Below, in pieces: positions 32,105-42,281 of a DNA stretch of 64,000 nucleotides (the stretch's first letter is position 1; each line of letters opens with the position of its first letter). The stretch covers positions 416,001 to 480,000 of the forward strand of contig CAVZYA010000001.1 of the NCBI GenBank assembly GCA_963779415.1, read 5' to 3'. A model generated the notes under the pieces. It saw only the letters and a program-made list of their open reading frames with translations, was not told where the DNA came from and did not search any database. This stretch comes from an uncultured Acidobacteriota bacterium (GTDB lineage: Bacteria > Acidobacteriota > Thermoanaerobaculia > UBA5066). The translations under genes and the position numbers were made by a program.

Positions 32105-33846
32105 GGCTCCCCCGCGCCGAGCGCCACGACCTCGAGGCCGGGCTCGTTCGTGTACCGGTCCCGGACGACGTGGGCCGCGAGGTCCACGTACGACGGCCGC
32201 TCCCCTTCCGGGATCTCGCCGAGCGACCAGCCGATCGCTTCCAGGCGGACGCCGGCTGCCGAGAAGGAGGTCCGAAGGCCGCGCGGTCCCACCTTCCGGC
32301 CGCGTCCGTCCCACTCGAGACGGCGAAGGAGGAGGAGAGGCCGCGCGTTTCCAGCGCCGTGCGGCTCGAAACGGGCGAGAGCGTCGGCCAGCTCCCCCGT
32401 CACGTCCGTGGCGGGGATCTCCGCGTCCGAAACGGGGTCGGCCTGCCACTCACGGTCGTCGCGGGCCTCGGCGAACGAGGAACGGAGCGCGTCGCGGAAA
32501 GCCTCCCACCGCGAGGCCGGGAGCGACATTCCGAGGGCCGCGTCATGCCCGCCGAACTCCGTCGCGTACCGCGCCGCCACCGGCGCCACGCGCGCAAAGA
32601 GTGGTGTCTTTCCGAACGTCCGGCCGCTTCCCGAGAGGAGGCCGTCTTGGCGCGAGAAGAGAAGGACGGGGCGTCGGACCCGCTCGGCAATCCGTGACGC
32701 GGCGAGGCCGAGGACGCCCCGGTGCCATCCCGCCCTGACGTCTCCCTCCTCGACGACGACGGCGTCCCGCGAAGGATCGAAGCGGGTCTCGAGCCGCTCG
32801 AGCACCGCGCCGACGAGACGGTCCTGGACGACTCGCCGCTCCTCGTTCGCCTCCTCCAGCTCGTCCGCCAGAACCTCGGCGCGTGCCTCGTCGGACGTCG
32901 TCAGCAGCTCGTAGGCGCGCCGGGCGTGGTCGAGACGCCCCGCCGCGTTGAGCCTCGGCGCGATCCGGAACGAAACCTCCCGGGCCGTCGGCGGGCGGCC
33001 GGCCGGAATTCCGGCCCGTTTGAGGAGTGCCGTGAGCCCCGGGGATCGCGTTTCCGCGAGCCCGCGGAGGCCCCACGCCACCAGAATCCGGTTCTCTCCC
33101 GTGAGAGGGACGACGTCGGCGATGGTCGAGAGGGCCGCGATCTTCGCGAGCGAAGCCCTCCAGGCTTCGCGCGTCGAGGATGCGAGCCCTCCTTCGGCGA
33201 GGAGGGCCTCGGCGAGCTTCCAGGCGAGGCCCGCCCCCGAGAGCTCCTTGAACGGATACGGACAGGACGGCAGCTTCGGGTCGATGAGAATGGCGCCCTC
33301 GGGCAGCGCCCCCTGCGGAAGGTGATGGTCCGTCACGATGACGTAGACGCCCGCGCGAAGCGCCTCGTCGACGGCCTCGCGCGCCGTGATGCCGCAGTCG
33401 ACGGTGACGATCCCTTCCGGCCGGTGTTCCTCGAGCGCGCGCCGGAGAGCCTCCGACTTGAGGCCGTAGCCGTCCCGGAGCCGATGCGGGATGAAGGGGC
33501 GTGCGTCGGCGCCGAGCCGCGCGAGGACCGTCGTCAGGATGGCGAGCGCGCCGACGCCGTCGCAGTCGTAGTCGCCGAAGACGACGACGCGCCCGCCGCG
33601 CCGCGCGCTCCCGGCGAGGAGGGAAGCCGCCTCGGGAACGCCGGCCATTCCGGACGGATCGTGGAGACGGGCGGACGACGGCTCCAGGAACTCGCGGGCG
33701 GACTCCTCCTCGAAGCCTCGTGCCGCGAGGACGCGCGCCGCCGCTTTCGGGATCGCGAGCGAAGACCCGAGTTCCAGGGCGACGTTCGGGTCGTGCGGTC
33801 GGGCACGCAATGCCCGGCCTGTCGCGAGAACCGGGGCGGGGTTCAC
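32101..33846 (-). CDS. recJ: ssDNA exonuclease RecJ
   Basis: GDYDCDG, TVDCG, TDHH, TIADVVPL.GENR, PRLNAAGR and GGH. Confidence 0.93.
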   Translation of the reverse strand: MNPAPVLATGRALRARPHDPNVALELGSSLAIPKAAARVLAARGFEEESAREFLEPSSARLHDPSGMAGVPEAASLLAGSARRGGRVVVFGDYDCDGVGALAILTTVLARLGADARPFIPHRLRDGYGLKSEALRRALEEHRPEGIVTVDCGITAREAVDEALRAGVYVIVTDHHLPQGALPEGAILIDPKLPSCPYPFKELSGAGLAWKLAEALLAEGGLASSTREAWRASLAKIAALSTIADVVPLTGENRILVAWGLRGLAETRSPGLTALLKRAGIPAGRPPTAREVSFRIAPRLNAAGRLDHARRAYELLTTSDEARAEVLADELEEANEERRVVQDRLVGAVLERLETRFDPSRDAVVVEEGDVRAGWHRGVLGLAASRIAERVRRPVLLFSRQDGLLSGSGRTFGKTPLFARVAPVAARYATEFGGHDAALGMSLPASRWEAFRDALRSSFAEARDDREWQADPVSDAEIPATDVTGELADALARFEPHGAGNARPLLLLRRLEWDGRGRKVGPRGLRTSFSAAGVRLEAIGWSLGEIPEGERPSYVDLAAHVVRDRYTNEPGLEVVALGAGEP

Positions 33847-34805
33847 CGCGGGGATGCGGCCTCTTCCCAGGCGCCCATGACCCGGAACTTCCGGTACCGC
33901 CGCTCGAGGAGCTCCTCCATCGGAAGCCGCAACAGCCCCGTGAGGTGGTCGGCGAGACGCCGCCCCACGGATTCGATCGTCGAGACCGGGTCGGCGTGGG
34001 CGCCGCCGGACGGCTCCGGAATCACCTCGTCGACGACGTCGAGAGCCTTGCAGTCGGCCGCGGTCAGGCGCATCGACTCGGCCGCCTCGCGCGCCTTCGC
34101 CTGGTCCTTCCAGAGGATGGACGCGCAGCCTTCGGGGGAGATTACGGAGTAGACCGAGTGCTCGAGCATCAGGACCGCGTCCGCGATCCCGATTCCGAGC
34201 GCGCCGCCCGAGCCCCCTTCCCCGATGACGGTCGCGACGATCGGCGTCCGGAGGCGCGACATGACGAGGAGGTTCGAGGCGATCGCCTCGGCGACGCCCC
34301 GCTCCTCGCTCTCGAGTCCGGGATAGGCGCCCGGCGTGTCGACGAACGAGACCACGGGCCGGGAGAACTTCTCGGCAAGCTTCATGATCCTCTCGGCCTT
34401 CCGGTACCCCTCCGGACGCGGCATCCCGAAGTTTCTCCGGATCTTCTCCTTCGTGTCCCGCCCCTTCTGATGGCCGATCACCGCCACCGGCCGATCGAAG
34501 AAGAATCCGAACCCGGCCACGATAGCGGGGTCGTCGGCGTAGCCGCGATCCCCGTGCAGCTCGACGAAGTCGCGGACGAGGATCCGGACGTAGTCGAGCG
34601 TGAAGGGGCGAAGCGGGTGACGCGCGACGAGCGTCTTCTGCCAGGGCGTCAGGTTCCCGTAGATCTCCGCGGAGATCTTCTCGACCTTCCGTGTGAGCTT
34701 CTCCATGTCCCGCCGCTTGGCCGGACTGTCCGGGTAGCCCTTCAGCTGCTCGAGCCGCGACCGGAGGCGCTGCAGCGGGACTTCGAAGTCCGAGTCGGAC
34801 GCCAT
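33843..34805 (-). CDS. accA: Acetyl-CoA carboxylase carboxyltransferase alpha
   Basis: ELHGDR, NFGMPRPEGYRKA, DTPGAYPG, GEGGSGGA and SVISPEGC. Confidence 0.97.
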   Translation of the reverse strand: MASDSDFEVPLQRLRSRLEQLKGYPDSPAKRRDMEKLTRKVEKISAEIYGNLTPWQKTLVARHPLRPFTLDYVRILVRDFVELHGDRGYADDPAIVAGFGFFFDRPVAVIGHQKGRDTKEKIRRNFGMPRPEGYRKAERIMKLAEKFSRPVVSFVDTPGAYPGLESEERGVAEAIASNLLVMSRLRTPIVATVIGEGGSGGALGIGIADAVLMLEHSVYSVISPEGCASILWKDQAKAREAAESMRLTAADCKALDVVDEVIPEPSGGAHADPVSTIESVGRRLADHLTGLLRLPMEELLERRYRKFRVMGAWEEAASPR

Positions 34806-34839
34806 CGTCAGACTGTAGCAGAGGCCGGCGCGGGCCGTC

Positions 34840-37251
34840 TCAGAGAAGGCTCTGCGGATCCACGTCCAGCCACGCCGGCTCCGGCAGCGCCGAAAGAAGC
34901 TCCCCGGCTTCGCGGAGCGCCTCGCGCCGGTCGGCCTTCAGAAGCAGATGGAAGCGCCAGAGTCCCTTGATTCTCTCGATCGGCGCAGGGGCCGGCCCGA
35001 GGAGCCGCAGCTTCGCCATGAAGGGCGCGCCCGCCAGCGCGGCGGCCGCCGTTCGCGCGGCGCTCTCGGCCCGCGCCCGGTCGGCGTCTGCGAAGAGGGC
35101 CAGCAGCAGGTACGAGAAGGGGGGATAGCGAAAAGCCCGACGGAACCGGAGCTCCGCCTCGGCGAAGGCCGCGTGGTCCTGCCGTGCCGCAGCGCGGATC
35201 GCCTCGTGATCGGGGCGGGCGGTCTGGACGACGACGTAGCCGGGCTTCTCCCCGCGTCCCACCCTCCCCGCGGCCTGCGTCACGAGCTGGAAGGTCCGCT
35301 CCGCGGCCCGGAAATCGGGAAAGGAGAGGAGGGCGTCGGCGTCGAGGACCGCGAGGGCCGTCGCATTCGGGAAGTCGTGTCCCTTGGCCACCATCTGCGT
35401 TCCGAGGAGCGCCTGCGCCTTTCCGCTCTCGAAATCGAGGAGGACCCCCGCGGCGCCTCCCCGCCGCGCCGCGGCGTCGCGATCGAGGACGGCGTAGGAA
35501 ACGCCCGGGAAGGCCGCCTCGAACCTTTCCGCGAGGCGTTCCGTCCCGAATCCCACCGGCATCAGGACGTCCGAGCGGCATGCCGGACAGCGGGCCGGGC
35601 GCCCGATCGCGTCACCGCAGTAATGGCAGAGCAGCCTCTCCGGACGGAGGTGCAGGGTCCGCGCCACGGAGCAGTTCGCGCAGCGAAAGTCCTCGCCGCA
35701 TGCCCGGCAGAGGAGGCTCGGCGAGAAGCCCCTTCGGTTCAGAAGGACGATGGCCTGCTCGCCACGCGCGAAGCAGGCCTGGAGGATCTCCGACGTCCGG
35801 CGCGCGAAGAGAACCCGTCCGTGGTCGCCCTCGCGCGCCTCCTCGCCCCGGACGTCCACGATCTCGACGGCGGCCTGCTGCCGCGCCCCCGGGCGCGCGG
35901 GGAGGACGAGACGGCGGATCCGCCCCTCCCGTGCCGCCTGCTCCTGCTCGACGGAAGGGGTCGCCGAGCCGAGAACGAGCGTCGACCCTTCTTCGCGCGA
36001 CCTCGCCCGGGCCACATCGCGGGCGTCGTACCGCGGGCTCTCCGCCTGCTTGTAGGAGGCGTCGTGGCACTCGTCCACGACGAGGAGGCCGAGCCTCGGA
36101 AGGGGGGCGAAGACGGCGGAGCGCGGCCCCACGACGGCGTCCACGTCGCCGCGCCTCGCCCGCTCCCACTCGGCGGTCCGCTCGCCTTCCGAAAGGCCGC
36201 TGTGGAGAAGGGAGACCCGCGGACCGAGTCGGGCGAGAAGCCGTCGCACGAGCGCCGGCGCGAGGGCTATCTCGGGAACCAGGAGGATCCCCTGCTTCCC
36301 CTCGTCCCTCGTTGCGGCGAGGGCGGCCAGGTACACCTCGGTCTTCCCGCTCCCGGTGACTCCGTCGAGGAGAAACGAGGAGCGGGCGCCCGAGGCCACG
36401 GAGGCGGCGATGGCGGCGATGGCGTCCCGCTGCGCCTTCGTCGGAACGACACGCCGGTCGGCTCCTCCCGCGCCGACGTGCCGGACGAGATCCACCTTCT
36501 TCTCCTGCTCCACGGCGACGACGAGGCCGTCCTTCGCGAGCGCCGAGAGGAGAGAGGGACGGATCCCCGCCTCCCGCAGCTCGGCCGCCGAGACCGGCCG
36601 CCCCAGCGCGGCGAGATGCGCGTGCGCCTCCCGCCGCCGCGGGCGGCGCACGAACGCCGGATGATCGGCCGGGACCGGACGCGCGATCCACGCGCGCTCG
36701 ACGGGAGCCGTGGCGGGGCGCGCGCGCGCCGACCGGATCCGGACGGCCCCCGCCGCCGTGAGGCGCTTCAGCGCGGCGGTGAGGCCGGCTCGCCCCAACC
36801 GCGACGCGAGGGATTCCAGCCGGGCTTCGCCATGGGTCAGGAGATCCGCGAGGATCTCCCCGTCCCGCGCCCCGGCGGGAGCGAAGCCGACGGCCGCGCC
36901 CCCGGGCTCGTAGATCGCGTCGCCGGCCTCCAGAAGGCGTCCCGGGACTGCCGCGCGGAGAAGCTCGCCCGGGGGGACGAGGTAGTACGCCGCGGCGCGG
37001 ACGAGGACCCCCACGAGGAGCTCCGGAAGGAAGGGAGCCTCGTCCAGCGACGCCACGATCTCCCGCTCCTCCGTCCCTTCGGGAGCCGGAGGAGGATCGA
37101 GCGACGCCACGATTCCCGTCAGGAGCCGGCCGCCGAACGGCGCCACGACGCGGCCACCGACCGGTGGAAGGGGGGTCTCGTCGGGGAGGCGGTAGGACGG
37201 AAGACCGGGGAAATGGTTCGGGACGAGAAGAGCGACGCGGCCCGGCGGCAC
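34840..37251 (-). CDS. priA: Primosomal helicase PriA
   Basis: GVTGSGKTEVY, VPEIAL, DECHD.SYKQ, four CxxC motifs, GTQMVAKG and QAAGRVGR. Confidence 0.96.
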   Translation of the reverse strand: MPPGRVALLVPNHFPGLPSYRLPDETPLPPVGGRVVAPFGGRLLTGIVASLDPPPAPEGTEEREIVASLDEAPFLPELLVGVLVRAAAYYLVPPGELLRAAVPGRLLEAGDAIYEPGGAAVGFAPAGARDGEILADLLTHGEARLESLASRLGRAGLTAALKRLTAAGAVRIRSARARPATAPVERAWIARPVPADHPAFVRRPRRREAHAHLAALGRPVSAAELREAGIRPSLLSALAKDGLVVAVEQEKKVDLVRHVGAGGADRRVVPTKAQRDAIAAIAASVASGARSSFLLDGVTGSGKTEVYLAALAATRDEGKQGILLVPEIALAPALVRRLLARLGPRVSLLHSGLSEGERTAEWERARRGDVDAVVGPRSAVFAPLPRLGLLVVDECHDASYKQAESPRYDARDVARARSREEGSTLVLGSATPSVEQEQAAREGRIRRLVLPARPGARQQAAVEIVDVRGEEAREGDHGRVLFARRTSEILQACFARGEQAIVLLNRRGFSPSLLCRACGEDFRCANCSVARTLHLRPERLLCHYCGDAIGRPARCPACRSDVLMPVGFGTERLAERFEAAFPGVSYAVLDRDAAARRGGAAGVLLDFESGKAQALLGTQMVAKGHDFPNATALAVLDADALLSFPDFRAAERTFQLVTQAAGRVGRGEKPGYVVVQTARPDHEAIRAAARQDHAAFAEAELRFRRAFRYPPFSYLLLALFADADRARAESAARTAAAALAGAPFMAKLRLLGPAPAPIERIKGLWRFHLLLKADRREALREAGELLSALPEPAWLDVDPQSLL

Positions 37252-37252
37252 G

Positions 37253-37891
37253 TCAGATCCGGAGGCGGGGAGCGTCTCCCGGCCCCGCATCCTCGGCGTC
37301 GGTCCGCGGGGGCTCCGCATCCGCGTCGACGAAGCGCGACTCGGCGCCGTCCCAGCGGTACCGGCGTGCCTCATCGAGGGAGAGATCGGGGACGATCGTC
37401 AGGATGGTCCGCTCGAGCGAAAGGTCGCCGGCCGCGAGGGAGACGGAGCGCTCCACCCAGACCGGAGGCCCGAAGCCGCCCTCCGCCTTTCCGAAGAAGA
37501 CGGCGACGTGGAACCATCCTCGGGAGCCAATCTCCACGAAGGCTTGTGCGAAGTCGAGCCGCCCGTCACCGTCCAGATCGCCTCGGACGAAGAAGGGGTG
37601 ATACGTCCCGTACAGGTCGACGAGGTCCGATCGGTCGTCGGAGGGGGTCGCGTCGTCGTCCTCGGCGACACGAAGCGCAGGCCCGCCCGCCTCCGAAGCC
37701 GTCGCGAGGGCGGATGCGATCGCACGATTCTCGGCCGGCATCCGCCCTGAACGATCCTGCTCTCGCGTCGGCGAAGCCTCGGCAGCGCGGACCCGCTCCC
37801 CCTTCCGCCGCATTGCGGGCGGAAGGAAGACGAGCGCCGCCACGACGAGCGGTACGAGAAAAGCCGGGAGGAGACGCCCGAGGTTCTTCAT
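37253..37891 (-). CDS. Membrane-anchored hypothetical protein with an FG-GAP-like motif
   Basis: N-terminal TM; GDLDGDGRLDFA; ATGA overlap with udg. Confidence 0.65.
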   Translation of the reverse strand: MKNLGRLLPAFLVPLVVAALVFLPPAMRRKGERVRAAEASPTREQDRSGRMPAENRAIASALATASEAGGPALRVAEDDDATPSDDRSDLVDLYGTYHPFFVRGDLDGDGRLDFAQAFVEIGSRGWFHVAVFFGKAEGGFGPPVWVERSVSLAAGDLSLERTILTIVPDLSLDEARRYRWDGAESRFVDADAEPPRTDAEDAGPGDAPRLRI

Positions 37892-38616
37892 CGCGACGGA
37901 ATTCCCTTCCGTGCCGGGGCCGGGAGGCCGAGCCGGTCGAGGACCTTGAGGAGATCTTCCCACGCCTCGCGCTTCTTGTCGGGCTGCCGGAGAAGGAAAG
38001 ACGGGTGGTAGGTCGGCATCACCGGGATGCCGCGGTAGCTCCCCCACTTGCCGCGGAGCCGCATGATCCCTTCCTCCGTCTCGAGGAGAAATTGCGCCGC
38101 GAACTTGCCGAGGGCGACGATCGCCTCGGGCTGGACGATCCCGATCTGCGCCTCGAGATAGCCCCGGCAGGCCGCGATCTCCGGCGGCTCCGGATTCCGG
38201 TTGTCCGGGGGCCGGCACTTCAGGACGTTCGCGATGTAGACACTCTTCCTCGAGAGGCCCATCCCGTCCTCGATCATCCGGGTCAGGAGCTGTCCCGCCC
38301 GTCCGACGAACGGGATTCCCTGTGCGTCCTCGTCGGCCCCCGGTGCCTCCCCGACGAAGAGGACTCTCGCTTCGGCGCTCCCGTCCGCAAAGACGGTCTG
38401 CGTCCGGCTCTTCGCGAGGCCGCACTTCCGGCAGGAAGCCACCTCACGCGCGAGGGGAAGGAGACGTGCGGCGTGCCCTTCCCCGGGATCCGCAGCCTCG
38501 CGGATGGGGATCGGAGGCTTCGATCGGTCGAGGTAAACCTCTCCGATGCCGAGATCGCGGAAGTACGCGAGGGTTTCGGCGATCGCCCGCCGGGACGAAA
38601 GCGCCTTCTTCGTCAG
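37888..38616 (-). CDS. Uracil-DNA glycosylase family 4; proposed CTG start
   Basis: CRKC, VGEAPG, PFVGRAG, KCRPP.NR and TYHPS. In-frame CTG overlaps the rpoZ stop. Confidence 0.92.
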   Translation of the reverse strand: MTKKALSSRRAIAETLAYFRDLGIGEVYLDRSKPPIPIREAADPGEGHAARLLPLAREVASCRKCGLAKSRTQTVFADGSAEARVLFVGEAPGADEDAQGIPFVGRAGQLLTRMIEDGMGLSRKSVYIANVLKCRPPDNRNPEPPEIAACRGYLEAQIGIVQPEAIVALGKFAAQFLLETEEGIMRLRGKWGSYRGIPVMPTYHPSFLLRQPDKKREAWEDLLKVLDRLGLPAPARKGIPSR

Positions 38617-38849
38617 ACGTTCTCGGTCGTGGGAAGCGGGTCGACGGCGGGCGCATCGCCCGCGACCGGCTCGGTTGGTGCGAGCTGCCACCGGATGAGG
38701 TTCTCGTTCACCTCGGCAAGCGCGATGCGCGTCAGCTTCGCGTGCTTCGTCTCCAACTTGGGTCGAGCCCCCATCGTCAGCTGCTCGGCGCGCCGTGCGG
38801 CGATGTGAACGAGGCGGAACTTCGATTCGATCGGCGGTACGTCGGTCAT
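38613..38849 (-). CDS. rpoZ: RNA polymerase omega subunit
   Basis: SKFRLVHIAARRAEQL..G and IALAE; follows gmk. Alternative ATG at 38879. Confidence 0.9.
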   Translation of the reverse strand: MTDVPPIESKFRLVHIAARRAEQLTMGARPKLETKHAKLTRIALAEVNENLIRWQLAPTEPVAGDAPAVDPLPTTENV

Positions 38850-38875
38850 GAGGCCCTCTTTACGCTCCGAGAAGT

Positions 38876-39520
38876 TCATCCCTGAAACGTCTTCAGAATC
38901 GCCTCGAGCCGCTCGCGCCGGCGGCTCCGTCCCGCCCGGCGCGCGACGAGGATCGAGCGAAGCTCGTCCACCGCCGCCTCGAGGTCATCGTTGATTATCG
39001 CATAGTCGTACTCGCCGAACTCCGAAAGCTCCGCGGCCGCGACCGCGAGCCGGCGCGAGACTTCCGCCTCGGAATCGGAGGCTCGTGCGCGGAGGCGCGC
39101 CTCGAGGACCGCCCGGGACGGCGGGAAGACGAAGATCTTCACGACGTCCGGAATCCGGGAGCGGACCTGCCGCGCCCCCTGTACGTCGATGTCGAGGAGG
39201 ACGTCGATCCCGTCCGAAAGCCGGGGCTCCACTTCCTGACGCGACGTCCCGTAGAAATGCCCGTGGACCGCCGCCGACTCCAGAAAGCCGTCCACGGACT
39301 GGATCGCCCGGAACGCGTCCTCCGTCACGAAGTGGTACTCGCGCCCGTCCGTCTCGCCGGCACGCGGCCCCCGCGTCGTGTGCGAGACCGAGAAGTGAAG
39401 CGATCCGGCGCCAAGGCGCCGGTCCGCGAGGACGCGCCGGATGAGGGTCGTCTTTCCGGCGCCCGAGGGGGAGGAGACGATGAACAGGTCGCCGCGGGAT
39501 CTCATCAGGGCCGTCCTCAC
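38876..39520 (-). CDS. gmk: Guanylate kinase
   Basis: SPSGAGKTT, SHTTR.PR.GE.DG.EYHF and DIDVQG. Confidence 0.96.
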   Translation of the reverse strand: MRTALMRSRGDLFIVSSPSGAGKTTLIRRVLADRRLGAGSLHFSVSHTTRGPRAGETDGREYHFVTEDAFRAIQSVDGFLESAAVHGHFYGTSRQEVEPRLSDGIDVLLDIDVQGARQVRSRIPDVVKIFVFPPSRAVLEARLRARASDSEAEVSRRLAVAAAELSEFGEYDYAIINDDLEAAVDELRSILVARRAGRSRRRERLEAILKTFQG

Positions 39521-40389
39521 TCCACGTTCTGGATCTGTTCCTTGAGAGCCTCGAGGTCCGACTTCAGGGCGAGGACGAGCCGCGTCGCCCCGACCTCGCG
39601 CACCTTCGCCCCGGCCGTGTTCACCTCGCGGTGGAGCTCCTGGGCGAGGTGGTCGAGCCGTTTGCCGACCGGCTCGCCGCTCCCGAGGAGGCGCCGCGTC
39701 TCCGTGAGGTGCGTCCGAAGCCGGTCGATCTCCTCGGAAATGTCGGAGCGGTCCGCGAGGAGAGCGACCTCCTGGGCGAGGCGGGCCTCGTCGAGCGGTA
39801 CGTTCGCCGCAAGCTTCCGGATCCGCTCCGAAACGGCCGCGGCGATCCGCTCGTTCACTCCTTCCCGCGCGGCGTCGAGGGCCGCGACGCCTTCCCCGAG
39901 GCGCGAAAGGATGACCGCGAGGGCCGCGGCGAGCGCCTCTCCTTCCCGCCGCCTCGTCGCGTCGAATCCCTCGAGCGCCTCGGCCGCCACGGCGAGAAGC
40001 GCAGCGATCCCCGCGTCGTCCGGCTCCCGCGGCTCCTCCTGGCGGACGACACCGGGGAGGGCGAGGAGGTCGCGGGCCGCCAGGTCGGGCGGGAGGCCGG
40101 AGCGTCCGGCCGCCTCGCGCCAGGCAGCCTGATAGAGCGCCGCCGCCTCCTCGTCGAACGAGGCCGTCCGACCGGCGGGCCGGACCGTACGGACGAGGAC
40201 GTCCACGTGGCCGCGGGCGACCGCCGCGGCCACGGCCTTCCGAAGGGGCGGCTCCGCCGCCGCCAGCTCGTCGCGAAGCTTGAGCGAGACGTCGAGGAAC
40301 CGGTGATTCACTCCCCTCACGACGATCGTCGCCTCCGTCCCGTCGGGAAGCGTCCCCGAAGCGCGCCCGAATCCGGTCATCGATTTCAT
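39517..40389 (-). CDS. yicC: YicC/YloC endoribonuclease family
   Basis: SMTGFG, VNHRFLD, DISEE..RL, GKRLD..QE..RE.NT and EQIQNVE. Confidence 0.94.
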   Translation of the reverse strand: MKSMTGFGRASGTLPDGTEATIVVRGVNHRFLDVSLKLRDELAAAEPPLRKAVAAAVARGHVDVLVRTVRPAGRTASFDEEAAALYQAAWREAAGRSGLPPDLAARDLLALPGVVRQEEPREPDDAGIAALLAVAAEALEGFDATRRREGEALAAALAVILSRLGEGVAALDAAREGVNERIAAAVSERIRKLAANVPLDEARLAQEVALLADRSDISEEIDRLRTHLTETRRLLGSGEPVGKRLDHLAQELHREVNTAGAKVREVGATRLVLALKSDLEALKEQIQNVE

Positions 40390-42281
40390 TTCGTGGATAC
40401 CTCCTCCGAAGCCTCCGGCTCGAAGGCCTGGAGATCGTGGAGCCGACGATACAGCCCGCCTGCCGCGAGGAGGTCGGCGTGCCGGCCCCGCTCGGTGATC
40501 CGCCCCTCGGAAAGGACGAGGATCTGGTCGGCGCGCCGGACGGTCGAGAGTCGGTGGGCGATGACGAGCACCGTCCTCCCGGTCATCAGACGCTCCAGCG
40601 CCTCCTGGACGGCCCGCTCGCTCTCGGTGTCGAGCGACGACGTCGCCTCGTCCAGGATCAGGATCGGCGGATCCTTCAGGAGGGCCCGCGCGATCGCGAG
40701 GCGCTGCCTCTGCCCTCCGGAGAGCCGGGAGCCGGACTCGCCCACGCGCGTGTCGAGCCCCTGCGGAAGCGCCTCGACGAAGCCGAGAGCGCTCGCGGCC
40801 TCGAGAGCCGCGACGACGCGCTCCTCGGGAACGTCCGTCCGCCCGTAGGCGACGTTCCGCCGGACGGTGTCGTCGAAGAGGATGACGTCCTGCGTCACGA
40901 GACCGATCTCTCCGCGCAGGGAGGCCAACGTCACCCGACGAACATCCGTCCCGTCCACGGTGACGGCGCCGCCCGTCACGTCCATGAAGCGTGGAAGGAG
41001 ATTGACGAGCGTCGTCTTCCCGGCGCCGGAGGGACCGACGAGAGCCGTGACCGACCCCCGTGGCACGGCGAGGTCGATGTCGTGGAGGACCGGGGCGTGC
41101 TCCGGATAGGCGAAGGAAACACCGTGGAAACGGATCTCGCGGGTGAAAGGGGGAAGGGGCGATGCGCCCTCTTCGTCGTGAACGTCGACCGGCGCGTCGA
41201 GGACCTCGAAAAGCCGGCGCGCGGAGGCGAGCGCGTACTGCAGCGCGAGGTTCGTCCGGGTCGCCCGCTTGAACGGCTGATACATCATCGTCATGCCGAC
41301 GCCGAACGAGATGAAGGTCCCGAGGGTCATCCGGCCGGAGCCGATCCGGAGGGCGGCGTATCCGAGGAGGAGGAGGAACGCGAGGATCGAGGCCGTCTCG
41401 ACGAGGGGCGACGACAGCGCCATCACCCGCGCCCCCTTCCGGGAGAGGCGGAACGTCCGCTCGTTCACGTCCGAGAAGCGCTCGCTCTCCCACCGCTCGG
41501 CCCCGTAGGCCTGGACGACCCGGACTCCCCGGAGCGTCTCCGAGAGGACGCTCGTCAGGTCCCCCATCCGCTCGCGCGAGGCCTTGGAGAGCGACCGGAG
41601 CCGCCGGGCGATGAAGACGACGGGCAGGACGATCGCCGGTGCGATCAGAAGGGCGACACCGGTCAGCTGCGGCGAGAGCGAGACGACGACGACCGCGAGA
41701 ACCACGAGGGTGGCGAGGGACTGTATGAGATCGGCGAGGTCCGTTCCGAAGAGGTTCTGGATCCGGTCCACGTCCCCCGTCAGACGCGAGATGAGGTCCC
41801 CCGAATTGTTCTTCGCGAAGAACGAGCCCGACTCCCCCAGCACCTTTTCATAGAGCGTCCGGCGCAGGTCCCTCACGAAGGCGAGGCCGACGGCGTTGAA
41901 ACGGTACTCGGCGGCAAAGGAACAGAGGTTCTTCAGGAAGAACGCGGCGAAGAGGAGGACCGGGAGTATCAGGGTTCTCGACCGGGGCGTCACGCCGAGA
42001 GCCGACTCGGCCGCTGCCAGTCCCCGATCCAGGGCGCCGGCGATGGCCGTCCGTTTCGGCGCGGCCTTCTCGCCGACCAGGGACCCGACGCCGGGCATCC
42101 CCTTCGTCTCCGACTGGACGGCGAGGCGTGCCTCCGGGGTCAGGACGTCATCGAAGAGCGGTCCGATGAGGTAGGCCACGACGCCGGTGAAGAACGCGAC
42201 CCCCAGCATCGCGGCGGCCGCCACCATCGCGCCGCGGCGATGCGGACGGAAGAGAACGACGAGGCGGCGGAGGTCCTTCAC
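40386..42281 (-). CDS. msbA: Lipid A-core flippase-like ABC transporter
   Basis: 6-TM domain plus NBD (GPSGAGKT, LSGGQRQR, DEATS, AHRLST); coupled to lpxB. Confidence 0.88.
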   Translation of the reverse strand: MKDLRRLVVLFRPHRRGAMVAAAAMLGVAFFTGVVAYLIGPLFDDVLTPEARLAVQSETKGMPGVGSLVGEKAAPKRTAIAGALDRGLAAAESALGVTPRSRTLILPVLLFAAFFLKNLCSFAAEYRFNAVGLAFVRDLRRTLYEKVLGESGSFFAKNNSGDLISRLTGDVDRIQNLFGTDLADLIQSLATLVVLAVVVVSLSPQLTGVALLIAPAIVLPVVFIARRLRSLSKASRERMGDLTSVLSETLRGVRVVQAYGAERWESERFSDVNERTFRLSRKGARVMALSSPLVETASILAFLLLLGYAALRIGSGRMTLGTFISFGVGMTMMYQPFKRATRTNLALQYALASARRLFEVLDAPVDVHDEEGASPLPPFTREIRFHGVSFAYPEHAPVLHDIDLAVPRGSVTALVGPSGAGKTTLVNLLPRFMDVTGGAVTVDGTDVRRVTLASLRGEIGLVTQDVILFDDTVRRNVAYGRTDVPEERVVAALEAASALGFVEALPQGLDTRVGESGSRLSGGQRQRLAIARALLKDPPILILDEATSSLDTESERAVQEALERLMTGRTVLVIAHRLSTVRRADQILVLSEGRITERGRHADLLAAGGLYRRLHDLQAFEPEASEEVSTK

